The notes below the pieces were generated by a model. The model did no database searches and was not told the DNA's origin. It was given only the letters and a program-made list of their open reading frames with translations. The translations under genes and the position numbers were made by a program. A stretch of DNA of 64,000 nucleotides from Clostridiales bacterium (GTDB lineage Bacteria; Bacillota; Clostridia; Saccharofermentanales; Saccharofermentanaceae). Position 1 is the stretch's first letter; every line of letters begins with the position of its first letter. The stretch is from positions 3,063 to 67,062 of the forward strand of contig JAFZQI010000021.1 in NCBI GenBank assembly GCA_017620475.1, written 5' to 3'. Positions 61,468 to 64,000 of this stretch are shown piece by piece.

Positions 61468-64000
61468 ATGAGTGAACGTGCACAGAAGAAAGAAACACAG
61501 AAGAAGGTAGTATCTAAAGCGGCTGCTGCTAAGAAACCCGCAGAAAAGAAAGCCGCAACAGTAAAGAAGGCTGAAACGAAGGCTTCGGCCGCAAAGAAAA
61601 CAGAAGTCAAGAAGACCGCTACGAAAGCTCCGGCCAAGAAGGCATCTGCAAAAACAGCGGTGAAGGCTGCTCCGGTTAAGAAAACAACGGCAAAGGCCGC
61701 TCCGGCTAAGGCTTCTGCGAGAAAGAGCCTCACAGTGGATCCACAGGCCAATATCCATAGCATCACAGCCCAGCAGCTCCATGACATGGTTGCATTCCAG
61801 GTCAAGTCCTGCTCCGGTAAAAGCGCAGATAAGGGAACAGCAAGAGATTACTGGCTGGCACTTTCCCGTTCGATCGTTGAAATCATGGCGGACGATTGGG
61901 AGAAGACACGCGAAAAGTACGGCAAGGTCCGTCAGGCCCATTACCTCTCCGCAGAGTTCCTGGTAGGACGTTCCATGCTCAATAACCTTGTAAACCTTGG
62001 CATTTACGAGCAGGCTGTCGAAGCCATGAAGGATTTCGGCATCAATCTTACTGATCTTTTGGAAGAAGAAACGGATGCTGCGCTGGGTAACGGCGGTCTG
62101 GGCCGTCTGGCTGCCTGCTTCCTGGATTCCTGCGCGACATTGGATCTGCCGGTTACCGGTTATGGTATCCTTTACCGCTACGGTCTGTTCCGTCAGACCT
62201 TTGAGAACGGCTTCCAGAGAGAACATCCGGATTCCTGGATGGAAAACGGTTATCCGTTTGTCATTCCGAGATATGAAGACAAGGTGCGTGTCCACTTTAA
62301 TGACTTTGATGTATGGGCGATCCCTTGCGATATGCCGATTACCGGTTATAACACTCATAACGTGAACCGTCTGCGCCTTTGGAAGTGTGAGCCGGCTCAG
62401 GAGTTTGACTTTAATCTCTTTAATTCCCAGCGCTTCGATGACGCCGTGATTGAGAGAAACCGTGTAAATGATATCTACCGTGTGCTGTATCCGAACGATA
62501 CTTCCTACGATGGTAAGGTGCTCCGTGTTCGCCAGCAGTATTTCTTCGTTTCTGCTTCGCTTCAGGATATCGTCAGAAACTACAAAGCCGTATATGGTAA
62601 CGATTTTTCCAAGTTTGCCGAGCTTAACAGCATCCAGCTCAACGATACGCACCCGGTTATCGGTATTCCGGAGCTCATGCGCATCCTCGTTGATGAGAAC
62701 GGCGTAAGATGGGAAGATGCCTGGGAGATCGTGCGCCATACCTTTGCTTACACGAACCATACCATTATGGCCGAGGCTTTGGAGAAGTGGGATTGCAACA
62801 TCTTCCGCTTCCTGTTCCCGAGAATTTTCGAGATCGTCGAGGGTATCAACAACCAGCAGAGAGCCCAGTTCTTCGAAAAGGGCATGTACTCCGAACTGGT
62901 GGACCGTCTTTCGATCCTTTCCGATGGCAAAGTCCAGATGGCCTGGATGGCGATCTACGGTTCCTATTCCGTAAACGGCGTGGCCGCTCTACATACCGAG
63001 ATCCTCAAGAGAGACACGCTCAAAGAGTGGTATGAGATCTATCCGGAGAAGTTCAGTAACAAGACAAATGGTGTTACTCCGAGAAGATGGCTCCGCGTCT
63101 GTGACCAGGAGCTGGCGGCACTTATTACGGATCTGCTCGGAAACGAAGCATGGGTCACCGATCTTGACCAGCTCAAGAAACTCGAGAAATATGCCAACGA
63201 TAAGAAGGTTATGGAACGTTTCCTGAAGGTAAAGCGTGACAACAAGGTGGCGCTTTGCAATCACTTGGAGAAGACTAAGGGCATCAAGGTGAATCCGGAT
63301 TCGATCTTCGATGTTCAGATCAAGCGTCTCCATGAGTATAAGAGACAGCTCCTCAATGCGATCTATGCTCTGAACCTTTATGACCGTATCAAGGAAAATC
63401 CGAAACTGGATATGCCTCCGGTAACCGTTTTCTTCGGCGCGAAAGCCGCTCCGGGCTACTTCCGTGCGAAGGCGATCATCAAGTTCATCAACGAGATCGC
63501 GAAGATGATCGATGCCGATCCGGATATGGAAGGCCGTCTGAAGGTTGTATTCATCGAAAACTACAACGTAAGTAACGGTGAGAAGCTCTTCCCGGCAGCG
63601 GATATCTCTGAGCAGATCTCTACAGCAGGACTCGAGGCTTCCGGTACAGGTAACATGAAGTTCATGATGAATGGTGCGGTTACCCTCGGTACATGGGACG
63701 GCGCAAATGTTGAAATCGCCCAGTCTGTCGGCGATGACAACGTCTACATTTTCGGCTGCCGTGTCGAGGATATGGAAGCAACACGTGCTTACTACAACCC
63801 GAAGTGGCAGTATGAGAACATTCCGGGCCTGAAGAAGGTACTTGACCGTCTCGTTGACGGGACCTTCAACGATGAGGGAACCGGTATGTTCCAGGATCTC
63901 TTCAATGGCCTCATCTACGGCAGCAACTGGCAGCCGGGTGATACCTACTATGTTCTCGGTGATTTCGATGATTACAGAAAGACCAGAGATCAGGCATATA
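61468..64000 (+). CDS. glgP: Glycogen/maltodextrin phosphorylase with a Lys/Ala-rich N-terminal extension (3' end lies outside the window)
   Basis: The ATG at 61468 follows AAAGGAGG (61451-61458). Frame 1 stays open to the window end. GT35 motifs are present (LGNGGLGRLAACFLDS, TNHT, NKTNGVTPRRW, EASGTGNMKFMMNG). This ORF is missing from the supplied track because it runs off the end. Confidence 0.9.
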   Translation, partial: MSERAQKKETQKKVVSKAAAAKKPAEKKAATVKKAETKASAAKKTEVKKTATKAPAKKASAKTAVKAAPVKKTTAKAAPAKASARKSLTVDPQANIHSITAQQLHDMVAFQVKSCSGKSADKGTARDYWLALSRSIVEIMADDWEKTREKYGKVRQAHYLSAEFLVGRSMLNNLVNLGIYEQAVEAMKDFGINLTDLLEEETDAALGNGGLGRLAACFLDSCATLDLPVTGYGILYRYGLFRQTFENGFQREHPDSWMENGYPFVIPRYEDKVRVHFNDFDVWAIPCDMPITGYNTHNVNRLRLWKCEPAQEFDFNLFNSQRFDDAVIERNRVNDIYRVLYPNDTSYDGKVLRVRQQYFFVSASLQDIVRNYKAVYGNDFSKFAELNSIQLNDTHPVIGIPELMRILVDENGVRWEDAWEIVRHTFAYTNHTIMAEALEKWDCNIFRFLFPRIFEIVEGINNQQRAQFFEKGMYSELVDRLSILSDGKVQMAWMAIYGSYSVNGVAALHTEILKRDTLKEWYEIYPEKFSNKTNGVTPRRWLRVCDQELAALITDLLGNEAWVTDLDQLKKLEKYANDKKVMERFLKVKRDNKVALCNHLEKTKGIKVNPDSIFDVQIKRLHEYKRQLLNAIYALNLYDRIKENPKLDMPPVTVFFGAKAAPGYFRAKAIIKFINEIAKMIDADPDMEGRLKVVFIENYNVSNGEKLFPAADISEQISTAGLEASGTGNMKFMMNGAVTLGTWDGANVEIAQSVGDDNVYIFGCRVEDMEATRAYYNPKWQYENIPGLKKVLDRLVDGTFNDEGTGMFQDLFNGLIYGSNWQPGDTYYVLGDFDDYRKTRDQAY

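Noticed and set aside
1-64000. Mobile genetic elements, prophage or genomic-island boundaries.
   Set aside because: I saw no transposase, integrase, recombinase or phage structural genes, and no tRNA attachment sites. No long terminal inverted or direct repeats flank any block. The only repeats are short intergenic elements.

Overview
This looks like a chromosomal segment from a Firmicutes/Clostridia-type bacterium. The evidence is GGAGG-type ribosome-binding sites and gene content: YfhO, DUF512 next to der, a Bce-type module, a fused FeoA-FeoB, and a DUF1667-type glycerol-3-phosphate dehydrogenase set. I support about 45 protein-coding genes. I recognised no rRNA, tRNA, CRISPR array, transposase, integrase or phage genes.

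Gene order:
- a partial Fn3-repeat surface protein
- a Bce-like peptide-antibiotic sensing and efflux module (RR, intramembrane-sensing HK, ABC ATPase, FtsX permease), split by an odd ORF with an in-frame TGA and a 28-codon ORF
- a TIM-barrel isomerase and an FMN-dependent dehydrogenase
- a tightly coupled four-gene signalling cluster
- orphan pilT, a DUF2130 protein, and a membrane protein-nadE-rlmI operon
- an M48 peptidase, an HMGL-family synthase and YfhO
- a two-gene glycerol-3-phosphate dehydrogenase-like set, then proS
- an L,D-transpeptidase fused to a VanX-like dipeptidase, and an AraC regulator
- feoAB, a cyclophilin lipoprotein, an RluA-family synthase and mgtA
- rpmF, DUF512, der, typA, mltG, a U32 peptidase and yccF
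- an A24 peptidase-CPBP protease-AI-2E transporter operon
- a partial glycogen phosphorylase

The best candidate for something new is the four-gene cluster at 8590-18988. It holds three hybrid histidine kinases with different sensor modules around one REC-GGDEF-REC-HD-GYP protein. The last kinase is fused to a C-terminal DegV (fatty-acid-binding family) domain.

Other points worth a second look:
- a lipoprotein fusing L,D-transpeptidase and VanX-like domains
- a glycogen phosphorylase with a histone-H1-like Lys/Ala-rich N-terminal tail
- nine exactly 11-bp-phased CGAAAG repeats in a 3' UTR
- a dispersed family of CTGACCAAA/TTTGGTCAG hairpin repeats in two convergent intergenic regions
- many short intergenic tandem repeats

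All functional calls rest on my reading of the translated ORFs and the nucleotide sequence. No database search was run.
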